NCBI RefSeq assembly: GCF_016432865.1 | Contig: NC_067399.1 | Location: 436,604,001 to 436,668,000, forward strand | Source: Antechinus flavipes | Lineage: Eukaryota | Length of the DNA: 64,000 bases | Reading direction: 5' to 3' | Shown: piece by piece, positions 14,193-27,893 of the stretch | How the letters are laid out: each line of letters begins with the position of its first letter | Numbering within the stretch: the stretch's first letter is position 1 | Notes under the pieces: model-generated | What the model was told of the DNA's origin: nothing | Databases searched by the model: none | Seen by the model: only the letters and a program-made list of their open reading frames with translations | Position numbers and translations under genes: made by a program

Positions 14193-17129
14193 TATCAGTT
14201 AAACTTTTCTTAGAAATAGAATGGAGGAAAATAGGGAGAATAAGCAGTTATATAATACCAACTATGTGCCAGGCACTGTACCGAGCACTTTTTACAAATA
14301 TTATCTCATTTGATTCTCAGAACAAACTTATGAGATAGGTGCTATCATGATGCCCATTTAATAGTTGAAAGATGCAAAGATTATGTAACTCACCCATGGT
14401 CACATAGATTTTATATATTTGAGACCAGAGTTGAATTCAGGATACCTAACTACTGGCCTAACACTGAATCCATTGATGGAATCAATCTTTTTTAACTTCC
14501 ATCCATTTCCCGGTTTTCAAAGTCAACTATATGTTTTTTGTTGAAGCTATTATGTTGGGAGCATCCAATTTGCCTTATTATATCCTTCTAATTTATTTAC
14601 TTATCAGCAAATAACTAGTTATTTATTAATAAATCAATTATTTTATAGCTGATACTGAAATAATTGTCAACAACTACTCATTTTCTATCCTTATATATTA
14701 ATTTTTATGTAACATGATGTGCAAAAATATAAATATATATTAAGATATGGAATTCTATATAATATGGTATATACAATTTTCATTACATTCTGATTTTTAA
14801 AAAATATTCATGACATACATATATGAGATTTCTAGGCCTTTGATATTCTCCATTTCTTGATCTCAAACCATATTTTTCAACCTAATTTTTGCTACCATTC
14901 CCCAGAGCTCACTTTCACTGAACTTGGAGAAGTAGAATATCTGTTGGCTGAGTTTGGAGGATCTCATTAAATTTTTTATTTCTCTCTTTTGCAACAAATT
15001 CTGTCACAATTATCTTCCTTGTTATCTGCACACAAGGCAACATGATCAAGTATCCTATAAATTGTATTTCTTTTTGCTTGGGAGTACATTATAAAATCAA
15101 CTCGATGTTTCTTCAAATTCACCCTAAGATGAACTTGGCCTCAGATCATCTTTAGGTCATAGGCATTTCTACTTTTCCCTAAAGCAAATCTTTAGCCCAT
15201 TGTTTTTCCTATCTTTCCCATCTCATCCAACTTTCTTAGACTCACCCAGTTATCTTTCTGAATATATTCTGAAACCAGAAAGCCCCTTTGTTTTTAACAA
15301 AAAACTTCAATTACTTGACATTTCTTACTCTGATAGCTACAGTTTGTAAAAATGTACCTTTTTTTCTTTAAAAAGTCCTCCTACTATCCAATTGTTTGAT
15401 TCATTTTGTATAACTAAGTTTCCTGATGTATAGCTTGGTTTCCCTGGGACTACCATAAAAACCCTTCTCTATATACTTTATAATTGTAATTTGGGATAGT
15501 TCCCTATGCCTAGAGAGTCCTCTCTCCCCATCTCTCTTTCAGAATCCTTATTTTGATCCAAAATACATCTCAGTTGCTGTCCCTAATCACCCTGACCAAA
15601 AGTATCTTTAGATTTTCTAAAGCAATCTGTCTACATATCTCCTTTGTTTTCATTATCTTATATACTATACTCTAGTAGAATATAATCTCCATGAGGACAT
15701 GGACTATGTTAATTTTCTTAATATCTTTCCCCAGAACATAATACCATGACTTCTTATAGTTATTTTTGTTTATTTGTTTATTTTTTATTTGTTAATTAAA
15801 AGAATTAAACAAATTTGAATATAATTTTCATTTTTTTATTCAATATAGTTAACTGCTTGAGCAATATTAATAACTTTAGCGAGTTTATTAATTTGGGTCT
15901 TGTTGCTCTTTAATGAAGAATGATCATTTATAATATGCCATACATTCATAAGAAGTATGTTTCCATAGGAATATTAAGTGAGAAGACTTCTGGGAGACCT
16001 CATAATCTCTCTGAAAAGTAACAAAAGAATTTTCAATTAGACAAACTAGGAGATTCTCTGAATAAAGAAATGATTATTAGGAAGTGTCTTTATATCTGCA
16101 AGGCAAAAAAGGAAGGAAGACACCAAGTACAGAAGTGGCCTTTTTAAGATTAGATGAAAAGGGGTGGAGAGATTATAACATAAGCAGGGAATGGGGGGCT
16201 AATAGAGAGTTTTTAAAGAATTATATAGAATAGGAATATTTTTAGACAGTAGGGAAAAGGCTGTTTATTGGGAAGAGATTAAATCATGGAGCGTGATATT
16301 GACAGTGAGAGCAATTTATTTAAGATGAATAGGCACATTTCAAAGCATGAGAATACCTCATCATCAGAGAGAGGGTAAGGAAATATAAAGAAATATATTA
16401 AGGAAATAAAAAGGGATATATAAGAATGAGAAGGATTATAATTAGATAAAGGGATTTGGGAGTTACTGAACATAAATAAAGTGCCAAACCTAGAGTTGGA
16501 ATATCCAAATTCAAATCCAGTCTTAGAGTTACTAGTTATTGTCTCAGCTTATTCAATAATAAAGGAGAAAATTACTACTTCACAGAGTGGTTGTGAGGAT
16601 CAAATAAGATAATATTCATGAAAAGCACTTACCACAGAGCCCGACACTTATAATATAGATACTTATTTAATTCCCTCTTTCTTTCCCCCCGGAAGTGGAA
16701 TATTTATGTCTAATGGCAATATCAAGAGTAAGTATGATCTCTATGTGTAACTAAGATAGAGTGGAGGAAGAGGTTATGAGAACTGAGCAGACTGACCAAC
16801 TGGGAAATTGTATGTAGGAGTGAGGCTTCAGTAGAATTCTCAAGTTTTGGCTCTTTCATTCTTTGTTCCTGAACCAATATATTTTCCAATATATTTTTAA
16901 CTGTCTTCAACTACTCTCATCTTTATATTGAAGTCACTCAGTATCATGGTATATATTGATTTTATTTTGGAGGATCTTAAGCTCTTAATAGAATTTCACT
17001 ACCATGACTTGCCTAATAAACATTGATAGAGAAGCTACAATTATTTTCAAGGTGATCTTTTTGCAAATACTTATCATAAATATTGCATTATTTCATAAGA
17101 TCTTTATTGTCTTTATTTATTTAATAAAA

Positions 17130-18110
17130 CCACTGCTTTTATCTGTGGTTGGGTCATTGTGTTGATCAGAGTTCTTTATTCTTTCAAAGTTGTTTGTCTT
17201 TACAATGTTGTTATTGTATGAATTGTATATTTGTTCTGCTTATTTCCCCCTGCACCAACCCATAGGAACCTTTCCAGGTTTCTCCAAAAAAATTCTATAC
17301 CTCATTTCTTACAGCATAATATTATTCTATTATATTCCCATACCATAATTTATTCAGTCATTCCTTAATTGATGAGCACTTCCCCTTCATTTCTAGTTCT
17401 TTGCTATCAAAAAGACTGTAAAATATAAGGCATTATAAAATATTTTTGTGCATATGAATATTCTTCCTCTTTTATTGCCTTTGGCTTTTAGAACACTAGT
17501 GGTAGAATCACTAAGTCAAAAGGTTTTGCACAGTTTAGCAACTCTGGAGGCATAGTTCCAAATTGCTTTCCATAATAATTATGCCAATTCAGTCCCAGGA
17601 CAATATATCAGTGTGTTGTTTTTGTTTGTTTTTTGCCATTGCCCCAACATTTGGAATTTTCCTTTTTTTGTCAATTTTGCCAATCTGTTAGAGTATGAGA
17701 TAGGATAGCTTTGATTTGCATTTCTTTAGTTGTTAGTGATATGGAACATTTCTTGATATGGCTATTGATAGTTTGAGTTTCTTTCTTAGAAAACTGCTTT
17801 TTGAAATCTTTTGACCATTTATCAAATAAGGAATTCTTATGTTTATACATTTGAATCAATTATCTTATCAATTATCAATATATCTTGAAAATGTGAACCT
17901 TATCTGAGGAATTTATTACAAATATTTTCCCCATTGATCTGTTTTCCTTTAAATTTTTGCTCAATTGGTTTCATTTCTGCAAAATTTTCAAATGTTATAT
18001 AATCAAAATTGTCCATTTAATCTTCTTTTATTATCTCTATCTCTTCTTTGACTCTAAACTCTAAGGCTATAGCCATTGGTCTGAAAAACAGTTTCTTCAT
18101 GCTTCTCTAA
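17130..18110 (-). mobile_element. Older L1 3' region, antisense
   Basis: Typical L1 3' text (TTTGATTTGCATTTCTTTAG, GAAATCTTTTGACCATTTATCAA); boundaries approximate. Confidence 0.7.
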
Positions 18111-18639
18111 TTTGCCACATTTACATTTCCGAAAGATAAAGAAGACCTTATATATTATCAATGGACTTTCTGAAGTGCTTTTTATGTTCCTTATGATGCT
18201 TCAGTTGTCTGCATGTTTAAGAAAATTATTCTGTTAATTACATGAGTTTGCTGTTTAATGATTTAATCCATTTAATCTAACCAATAATCTGTAAACAATT
18301 CATTAAATATTTCTAAAAGGAGAATTTGAGGAATATTTTCTAATACTCCCTAATTAAATGACCCAACTTTATTGGAAATTAAAAATAAGATTATATATAC
18401 TTGGAAGTGATTTTAAAAAAAAAGTAATATGAGGTTAGAAGTGGAATAAAAATAATCACATCCTACAACAAGAAATTTGCTTTATGGAAAGAATTGGAGT
18501 TGTTGAAAGTAGCAATATATTAAACTAATCTGAGATAATAGTTCATGATTTTAAATTGTTGGTGTCTGGAACAAAGAAAATATTTGACAAATAGCTAATT
18601 GAAATATTTTCATTTTTTTCTTTTATATTCACTTACTAG

Positions 18640-18975
<336 letters not shown>

Positions 18976-19619
18976 TAGGGGTAGGACACAATCTGTCAGG
19001 GTCATAGAAAAGAATTAGTCTGATGACAATGTGGCCCTATGATGTGGCTTTGTTAATAAATAATTATATAGTTTGCTAATAATGCATGAACACAGTTTTA
19101 CCAATTCTGGACATGCAGGATAAAGCATGGGTAGGTAAAGGAATTTCTTCCAGTTAAGTCTCAGTTTTGGAAATTTGGGTGAACAGAGGAAAGAGGCCAA
19201 ACTACAAAATTTCCATAGACATAAAAGCAATAGAAAGGTTAGATTTTGGCAAGTAAATATGGCTCTTGTGGAAAGATGCATGAGTTCTGAGTGAGAGAAC
19301 TGAAATTGGTGTCAGGATCTGGTTCAGATCTCAGTGACTCTGAACTAGTCTTTTCTCTGAACCACAGAATCTTTCTTTGTAAAATGAGGAACTTGGACTA
19401 GAGGAAAGAAGATGGGTATAAGGGAAGGTGAGAAGCCTAATGAGGAGCTAAATATGGTAGTAAAGGACATTTTGAAGACATTTCAGGAAAGACAGGAAAT
19501 TGAAATCCAAGAAATTCCAACTCACTAGAAGATATCTCACCTTAGTCATAAATAGAAGCACTGGGAAAAAACTTAGTGTCAGCCATGTCAGCTTAAGTTA
19601 AGCCCAGACTTAACTTAAA

Positions 19620-19730
19620 AGAAATAGGAGGGGAGGAAAAGAGGGAAGGAGAAAGGAAAGAAGGCAAGAAAAGAGGGAAGAAGAAAGGAAGGAAAAGAAG
19701 GAGGAAAGGGGAGGGAGGAAGGAAGAATAT
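19620..19730 (+). repeat. Purine-rich (GGAA/GAAA)n low-complexity tract
   Basis: Direct reading. Confidence 0.85.
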
Positions 19731-19920
19731 TAAATGCTTACTATGTGCCAATTATTATCTTAAGCTCTGGGAATAAAAATATGAAAGCAAAACAGTCCTG
19801 ACCTCAAGAAGCTTATATTGTAATGGGAGAAACAACACAAAAGAGAACTACATTCTATGTTTAGGGTATCTGCTGCTAATAGAAAAAAGGTATTCATGTT
19901 TTGATTTGTATTTGTTTTAG

Positions 19921-20082
19921 GGTCGACCAATTATATTATGTTCAAAAGATGATACGGAGAGCCCAAAGTATGCATATAAAACTATTGAACTGCCACATAC
20001 AGTTGACTGTCTCCAAGGAGTCTTAAGTGTTATTCCTTTACAACTCCTTTCATTCCACCTGGCTGTTCTCAGAGGATATGAT
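19921..20082 (+). CDS. GFPT2: GFPT2 coding exon 18 ([54 protein letters not shown])
   Basis: TTTAG acceptor, GAT|GTAAGT donor, 162 nt. Confidence 0.97.
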
Positions 20083-20519
20083 GTAAGTCTAATCTATTCT
20101 TAGATTTCCCAATTAGGGCAGTAAGGATGAGGGCACTTGTTAATGCCTTTCTCTTCAGACAGAGAGGAAATGGGCTACTTATAAAAGTGATACATTAAAG
20201 TTACAGTATTCAGCTTGAATGAAAAAGCTCTTCTCTGGTTTTTCAAAGACACACTTGGCATAGAAATCTATATAGTAATGGATTTTAAGTACCTGTACTT
20301 TAGGATATGAACCTTGCTCTGTGAAGACAAAAAGTACTCAATCGACAATCTTTTACATTAAGTAGTATTTGTGGTGTTAGACAGACAGAATTTTCTTTAT
20401 ATTTATATGTCATAAGAGAAGATTATTAATGTACTTTCTATCACTTTCTGGCATGCTAATATGTAGAGTAGATTGCTATAATATATTATATACTGAGATC
20501 CTGTAATTTTTCATTCTAG

Positions 20520-20564
20520 GTGGACTTTCCTAGAAATCTGGCTAAATCTGTAACTGTGGAATAA
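20520..20564 (+). CDS. GFPT2: GFPT2 last coding exon 19 (VDFPRNLAKSVTVE*)
   Basis: CTAG acceptor; invariant C-terminal PRNLAKSVTVE followed by TAA at 20562-20564. Confidence 0.98.
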   Translation: MDFPRNLAKSVTVE

Positions 20565-21430
20565 GAACATGAGATTTTGGGGGATTTGCATTTTCCATCC
20601 AAGTATTGCAAAGCTCTACAAACTCAAAGGTTTGTAGGTTACATGCCTGTCAATAGAATGAGAAGATAAACTGGAAAGAGAATACATTCTAGAGTACAAT
20701 GTTTAATTGCAGCTTTAAAAGCTCTCAATGTGCCTTGTACCCAAGTGCTTTTGCTTATAGCAAATACTGTTTCTAGATGTCCTGGAATTGCCAAAGGAGA
20801 AGGAAAATCATTGTTTACATATGGTATACAGGATGAAATTTTCTACTACTGTGCAATATATATATATGTATGTATGTATGTATACAGCTCTCTTCAGAGT
20901 AACTGTGAACATTTTTTTAAGCCAACACTTTAGTTTTAAAAGATAAAATATTTATAACTACAGTTGTATAGCTTCTAAGTTATTTTTTTAGTATTTTGCT
21001 TGTCTATAGCAGTGGTAATGCCCAGCCTGTAAATCCTGAATGTGCACCAGGGCTTTGTCTGTTTGTGATCCCAATCCATTACAGGTGTAATTCACAACAT
21101 AGCTTTGAATGGAAAAGTGTCACTTTGCTTCCTTTTCTACTTTCTTCACCTAGATCTCTAATGCTTCTCACAACGTTGCAAAGCCCTCATATCTTTGGCA
21201 ATTTCCTCTCTCACCTGTGGCTGAATTTCCCTAAGCTCTCAAACTTCAGTTTTATCTAACAATAGCTCTCCTAAAACCAAAGCAATGTTTTGGTTCATTT
21301 TTAAAGCTGCTTGAAATTAATTCCTTCAGGAGGATAATTTCAAGCAGGATACTTTGATCTCTATTTATAAGACTGTATAATTAAATCACTATGCAATCAA
21401 AATAAAAATATTGAAATTTTTTTCTTGTGT
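20565..21430 (+). other. GFPT2: GFPT2 3' UTR (end approximate)
   Basis: Repeat-free AU-rich stretch from the stop codon to the first AATAAA that has a U/GU-rich downstream element. Confidence 0.7.
21401..21406 (+). terminator. Candidate GFPT2 polyadenylation signal (proximal)
   Basis: AATAAA followed by TTTTTTTCTTGTGTAGTCTTTT. Confidence 0.65.
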
Positions 21431-21524
21431 AGTCTTTTACCTGGTTCCTTTTGTACTCTTAGAATAATGAATGTATCCAACATCTTTGGGATCTGAATAG
21501 GCCCCCTTCCCTAGAAACCTCTCT

Positions 21525-21530
21525 AATAAA
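21525..21530 (+). terminator. Second candidate GFPT2 polyadenylation signal
   Basis: AATAAA followed by ATGTTGCTCTTGAATTGTGG. Confidence 0.45.
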
Positions 21531-22379
21531 ATGTTGCTCTTGAATTGTGGATAGTCCTAATATAAAAATGAGAAATTTCTTTTATAATTTACACAAAACT
21601 GATTGCAAAGTTGTAAGACATAACCTGAGCATTACAGTATAGTGAGTATATATCCATATCACTTGGATCCCACATAAGTTATTGGTCAGCTCTCTTATTA
21701 CCAGGGGAAATTCCAACCATTTCTCTATATCTCTATATGTTAGCTATCCAAATTCCTGGATTATTACCAGATCTGCATGATTTTTAAAGTAACAAAAATT
21801 TAAATCAAGTTGTTTTGCTAGTAGGAATGAGACTTGAGGTTTGTCTCCAATTTGATACATTGGGCATCATTCTAGCTAAACAGAAGCATAAAAACTGCAG
21901 CAATGTTAGCAAAAGCTAGTATAATCATTTGTATATAGGTTTCTTCTTATATAAGATCCATTTCTTTTCCTTGTGCAAATCATGTAGCATAGGTCTAATT
22001 AATGGGCAAGAGAGTGTTACTATTATCAAAAATGAAAAATAGGTGGGTTAAATGAAATCCTAAAAATAATTTTTCTCTAAAACATCATATAAAGAATGAT
22101 TATATACAACAAAGAGAGATATTCCCTGTAGATACCCCAAGTAAACCTGTTTGTGAATGTTATACTGACTGCATTAAGTTCCATAACATTATAGGGCCAC
22201 CTTGAGAAGATGCATGAGTACTTAAGAGAGATCATACTATAAGAAAAAAACTAAAGGTATGAAAAATACCTATTATCCAATTCTTGGCATAAAGTTGAAC
22301 AACCAATTCATTTAATCAGTATATCAGTGGTATTCCTATCTGGAACAAACACCTAACATGGACAGTAAATTGAACTCTC

Positions 22380-24370
22380 AATTGAATAATTGAATAAACA
22401 TTAAGTATCTACTATGTGGCAGGCACTATGCTAGGTACTGGGGATACAAATAAGAAGGAAAAAAATTAGCTCCTGTCCTAGGAGTTTACAATGTAATAGA
22501 GGAAGACAACACACAAATGGAAGTTGGAAAAAAGTGGGGGAGACACCAGGAGATTGTGGTTTCTGTAACATTAATTTTACTTCATTTTAAATGAAACCTA
22601 ATCATTCCCTGAGGTGTAGCCCTCTCCAATGGAAGCTACTCCTTATATGATTCCTGACTTTCAGGACTAAGTAGAAGGTAGATGAACTCATCTCTTCCTC
22701 TTATTTCTCTTCTATTCCCTCTTTTGAGGGATAAAGACCTCTTTTTTCAATACCCATGTAATTAATTTATAGCATTCTCTACCAAAACTAATTGTTTTCA
22801 TTTATGAATTTCCACTTCATTCTCCCAACTTCCTTAATAACTTCAATACCCAAAGCTTTCATTCTTCCATTCCATTTTATCTCTGTTACCATTCTCAGGG
22901 GTCAGTAAATATTTTTTGATATCACTACTTTCTTAACTTCCTCATTCTCAGTGTTCTCCATTCTGTTTCAACTACATGCCTACATGTGACATTTTGGATT
23001 TCATATCACAAAATTGTACTGTCTCCTCAGAAGCAACTTCAGAGTTATTTCTAGTGTTTCACACTCACACTCACACTCACACATCTAATCAATTGCCAAG
23101 TTTTACCAATTCCACTGCCTTAATACTAGTATCTGTTCCCTTCTCTCTTTGACACTATTACCATCTTAGTCCAGGCCCTAATCATTTCTCATCCAGACAA
23201 TTACAACACACTTCTGATCGGTCTCCCCACATTCAGTCTCTCCCTTCTACAGCTCACTCGTACACAACTGCCAAAATGATATTCTTGAAGCAGATGTGTC
23301 GAGCTCACAATAGAGAGTAGCAAAACAAGTACAGGCTGTAAATTTTCTGTATTATTATCCCTGGACCATATATGCAAAAGTGTCCACACACAGTAGGTGT
23401 TTAATCAGTACGTGATGACTGATCCAGAACTTGAAATATCACTCTGGTCACAACTACCTAATCTTTTAATCTGTCTAAAAATGGAGTATAGATTTTTGAA
23501 TCACAGATTACAATACCTGGAATATATATAAGAAAGGCTAGTAAAATATGTGCCAGATATCTTAGAAACAAAATCAAAAGATGATAGAAAACCTGAGGGA
23601 AAGTAACCATTTTATCCTACATTTTGTGAGAGTAAAAAAAGGAAATTTGGTCAATCTGATGTACTATACAATCTAGGAAAGCATATTATCAAAGAGTTAG
23701 AGGGGAAATAGGTAGGTTCTTTCATGGAGTAAAATATTTTAAAGAAATCAGCCTAGGAGACATGGTAGGTGGCCAAGAATAAAATTCTAAAAACACATAT
23801 GGGAACAATTCCAGTAAGAAGGATAAAAGATACTCTTGATGAATATGGAAAATATGTTTAGAAGAACTGCACATGTTTAACCTATATTGGATTGCTTACT
23901 ATCTTGGAGGGGGGTAGAGGTTAAAAAAATTTGGAAAACAAAGTTTTGCAAAGGTTAATGTTGAAAACTATCTTTGTATGTATTTGGAAAAATAAAATAT
24001 TATTTAAAAAGAAGTAGCCTCTCTATTCTTTCTAGTACACTATACTCTATTTCCCAGCTTTAAACATTTTCATTGAGTATCCTTGCCTGGAATACTCTTT
24101 TTCCTATCTCTACCTAGTTTTGTGGCTTACTTTATCTATCAGCCAAAATCCTGCTTTCTGCAAGAAGCCTTTCCCAATCCCCAATTTATCCTGAATATAT
24201 TTTAGTTGTATTTAGATGTTTTCACGTTCTCTCCATTATTAGACTTGAGCTCTTTGAAAGCCAGGGATGGATTTTTGTTTATTTTTTGTTGTTATTGTTC
24301 GTTCTTTATATTCCCATCACTTATCAAAGTATTAAATACATAGTAGGAGCTTAGTAGATGCTAGTTGTTT
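22380..24370. mobile_element. Patchwork of L2 fragments, with an L1 3' end (+) at ~23830-24010
   Basis: L2-type GGCAGGCACTATGCTAGGTACTGGGGATAC (minus) and CTAATCAATTGCCAAG...CCATCTTAGTCCAGGCC (plus); L1 tail AACCTATATTGGATTGCTT...AATAAAATATTATTTAAAAAG. Confidence 0.6.
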
Positions 24371-24399
24371 GACAGACCTGTTAGATTATGAGGGATGCT

Positions 24400-24900
24400 G
24401 GGGAAATTGTTTATCTAGACTTCAATGAGTTTTACAAATTATCTCATACTAATGTTGTGGAAATGGCGTAAAGTTATGGATTATATTATAATGCAATCAA
24501 ATGTATTCAGCACTAATTAAAAGGTTAGACTGAAAGAGTAGATATTAATGATTCATTGGTAATATGGAAGTATGTCTCCAATGGAATACCATGGAGTCCT
24601 GTACTTGACTATTCAACTTGAACTGATCTAAGTACTAATTAACATAGTGATATTCTGACTTTGTAGATGGCAAATTTATATCCAAAAGCTTGAAAATTTA
24701 GACAAAGGTAGAACGTTATGCTATGGCCAAAATAAGCTGGAGTATCATATAGAGCAAAAGTATTTGTAAAGGAAAACAGCTTCAAAGGATAATGGCTCAG
24801 CGTTTAGTCCAAGAAAATGTTTTACATATCTAAAAATAGTAGTGACAAAGTAAACACTCCTATCATTGTTATTTACTTCTTTAGGGTTAAATGGTAATGC
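24400..24900 (+). mobile_element. Ancient CR1/L3-like fragment
   Basis: Degenerate RT-region text (CTAGACTTCAATGAGTTTT, GGAATACCATGGAGTCCTGTACTTGACTATTCAAC). Confidence 0.45.
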
Positions 24901-26956
24901 CTAGAATTGATACATAGATTGATGAGCACCTACATATATGAAATAATGAAGATAATAGACATCAAAGTGTTAAGTCACTTCTGAATTTTGTTCTTCCTGG
25001 ACAACATCTGTAATCTCCAAAACAATTCCTTTTTCTGTGAATGATCATAGTTATTATCAGTTTGTCTCCACAATGAAATGACAGGTCTAATGAAGTCTTT
25101 AACTAGGAAGAACTCAATACCTCCCTTCTGAAGTATTTCATTTTTGATTTTGTCTGTCTGATTAGATTTATATGTGTTCAATGAAAATATTTTTCCTAGT
25201 CCTCAATAGATATCTCTGAGTTATTTTGTGAGAGATGGCCAATGGTGTAGTTTCCTCAGCCCAAGTATCGCTTCTACCAGAAGAGTTCTGTGTTAAGGCC
25301 TCCATTTTCCAGATAAGTCTCTATAGGAAGACACATACCATTTGCTCCTCATTGGATATTTTTAAACATGGTATAGGGGTGTGCATTATGAGGGATTGGG
25401 AATTCTCCACTTCATTGGACTACAGGAATTATAACTAATTATGATAACGAAGGATCAGGATTCTATTAGTACTGATTAGTTAGCTTTTCCTGGGAGATTG
25501 TGAGCCAATCTGGTCAGGCAATGACAAGATGGACAGGGACAGGGGGCGGGATTAGGAGAAAGGATAAAAAGAAGCAATTGAGCCTTTTTCATGAGAAAAA
25601 ATAAAGGAGCAGTTAACTAAAGAAGCTTTTTTCAAACTCAGGATATTCTGTTCGAGTGGTCCACATCTTGCACAATTTCTACATCTTAATTAAAGCTCAT
25701 TCTCAGACATAACTTTGTTTACAAATTATTCAATTCCGAAATCTGTATTTATTTGCTGAAACTTCTAGTTTTTTGCTCATAATTTCATAACCTTTTCATC
25801 TTCTCCAACAATTGTTTTCCCTTTCAATTACCTCTACTTTATCTCTAATTCACTTTTCAGCTTTTTGTTATCTGTTTTCCAGTTCCACTAAGACGCTGCA
25901 ACTATTCTCATCAAGATTATCCATGAATCACTGAGTAACATTATCCACTGCCAAACTTGAGGGCCTTTTATTAATCCTCATCTCCTTTGACATCTCTTCA
26001 GCTTCTGACATTAGTTGGTTTCACCAAATCCTCTTGATAACCATCTCCTTTCGTTTCCATTCTTTTAAAAAACACTTTATTATTCCTAATAACCTGGAAA
26101 GCAATTAATCTTAAACTGGGAAACTACTATATATTTTGTGCAAAATTTTCTATAGTTTACCATAAAACTATCCATGCTTGCCATACCTCCCATATCTGAG
26201 ATTTTGAGAGGGAAGCTTTAGATTCAAGATAGTCCTGTTTGAATCTTGATGCTAGATCATGGACAACTTGCAAACTCTCTGAGTCTCAGTTTCCTTGTCT
26301 ATAAAATGGGGATAATAACTAATATCTATCTTACAATGTTGCTAAAAAGCTGAAATAAGGTAATATGTATTAAGCCCCAGTTTTCTCAAATATTTTTGGA
26401 GTTTTGGAGTCCTATTTGTTTTTTGGTTTTTTTTTTTTGAGGAACTTAACTGCCAGTAGTTCCTAGGAGATACTTTTATCTGTATTGGACTTTTCTGTTA
26501 CTCCAGGAGGCCACTTGATGCTTTGATCCATAATTAGCAGGTTCCTGCCAAAGTTGAAATGCAAACAGAAACTAAGCACAGCTGTAGTCTCAAAGGACTT
26601 AAGTAGAAATCCAGTTTCCTGCCACTCCTTCTTTTTCTCTCTTTGCCCAAGTGATCAGACTTCAAACACCTTAGCTTCCTTCTCTTTGCTGTCTCAGCAT
26701 CTTTCAGTCCAATATATGCACATAAAGATGTTTTTGTTTGAATTTCTGTGGCCTCCTAAATTTAAAACTTTTGAAAAGTTCCAATGTTCCTCTTCTTTGT
26801 GCCCTTGGCTCTCATCTTTCAAAGACCTTGACTTTCTTTTGGGGGAACTGGAAGGAAATAAACATTTATTAAATGTATGGCATCAACTGAGAATTAAAAA
26901 AAAAATCAATATAATAAAATGGAGGTCTTTAATAGGAGCAAAGGAGTTGCAGCCCA

Positions 26957-27497
26957 TGATGTTGAGGTCTAGATTTGGGGTACCTAAATGAAATTAGGGT
27001 TTAGTTGAGGTCTAGTGGTAGGTTTGGGTTACAAGGAGTCAAGCAAAGCTCCCCTGGAACCCCCTTGGATTCGGCGCAAGAATACGGCAGTAAATGGGGC
27101 CTAGTAGTGGCGCGAGTCCCCAATAAAAGCATTTATTAGCCTGAGAGCTAGATTGGTAAAAGAGGTTTATTATTGGGTAAGCAAAGTTAAAGTATAGGCG
27201 AAGGTAGAAATAAGAAGGACACTGGACAGAGGATCCAGTGGACAGAGGATCCTCACATGGCTAGCATGTTTGGAATCTCTGCAAAGAGGGGGTCCCAGTG
27301 TCTCCCTTTTATAATGGGAGATTTAGCTCGAGGGGCTTTTGGGTATAGCCCCAAAGTTGCCTCAGATCCGGGTGGGGCTGGGACAGGTCTGGATCTTCTC
27401 TTGGAATTCAAAGGGACCAGGATTTGTGAATTAAAGAGTAATTTACATTATTAACTAGGAAAGGGTGGGAATCTAGAAAGGAATCTTTCCCACATCA
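26957..27497 (-). mobile_element. Solo LTR A (541 bp)
   Basis: TGAT...ATCA termini; minus-strand TATAAAAG (27306-27313) and AATAAA (27166-27171); colinear similarity to LTR B; no clean TSD found. Confidence 0.8.
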
Positions 27498-27893
27498 ATG
27501 GCACCACACAGCAAGTGCTGGAGTACCCACATAGGGTGCTGGGAACAGAACTTATATAGAGTACAAAAGACAGAAGAATGACTAGGCTACAGAAGGGAGG
27601 GTTAGGTATCTTACAGTTTCACCAAATAATTTGTTTTGTGTATTATGCAAAAGTTCATAAAGAAAGCTTGGATATCTGTGGAGGAGAGATTTTGGGAGGC
27701 TTATAAAATAATCTGAAACCAGAGTGAACTGGTCAGCTCCAGGCAATTCATTGGCCTGGTAATTGGAAACCAAGTTGGGATCAGTCAATTATAAGTCAAA
27801 TCTCTTTGTTTATGGTGGGGGTTCTTAAACTTTTTTCCACTTGAGACTCCTTTTCACCCAAGAAATTTTTACTCAACACCAGATGGATAGTTA

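Noticed and set aside
24975-25438. Short ORFs and a minus-strand acceptor-like site in apparently non-repetitive intergenic DNA
   Set aside because: No recognisable protein similarity, and no donor or neighbouring exons to support a gene.
25505-25551. CCAAT box plus GC box resembling a mini-promoter
   Set aside because: Two short motifs outside any CpG island; expected by chance in 64 kb.
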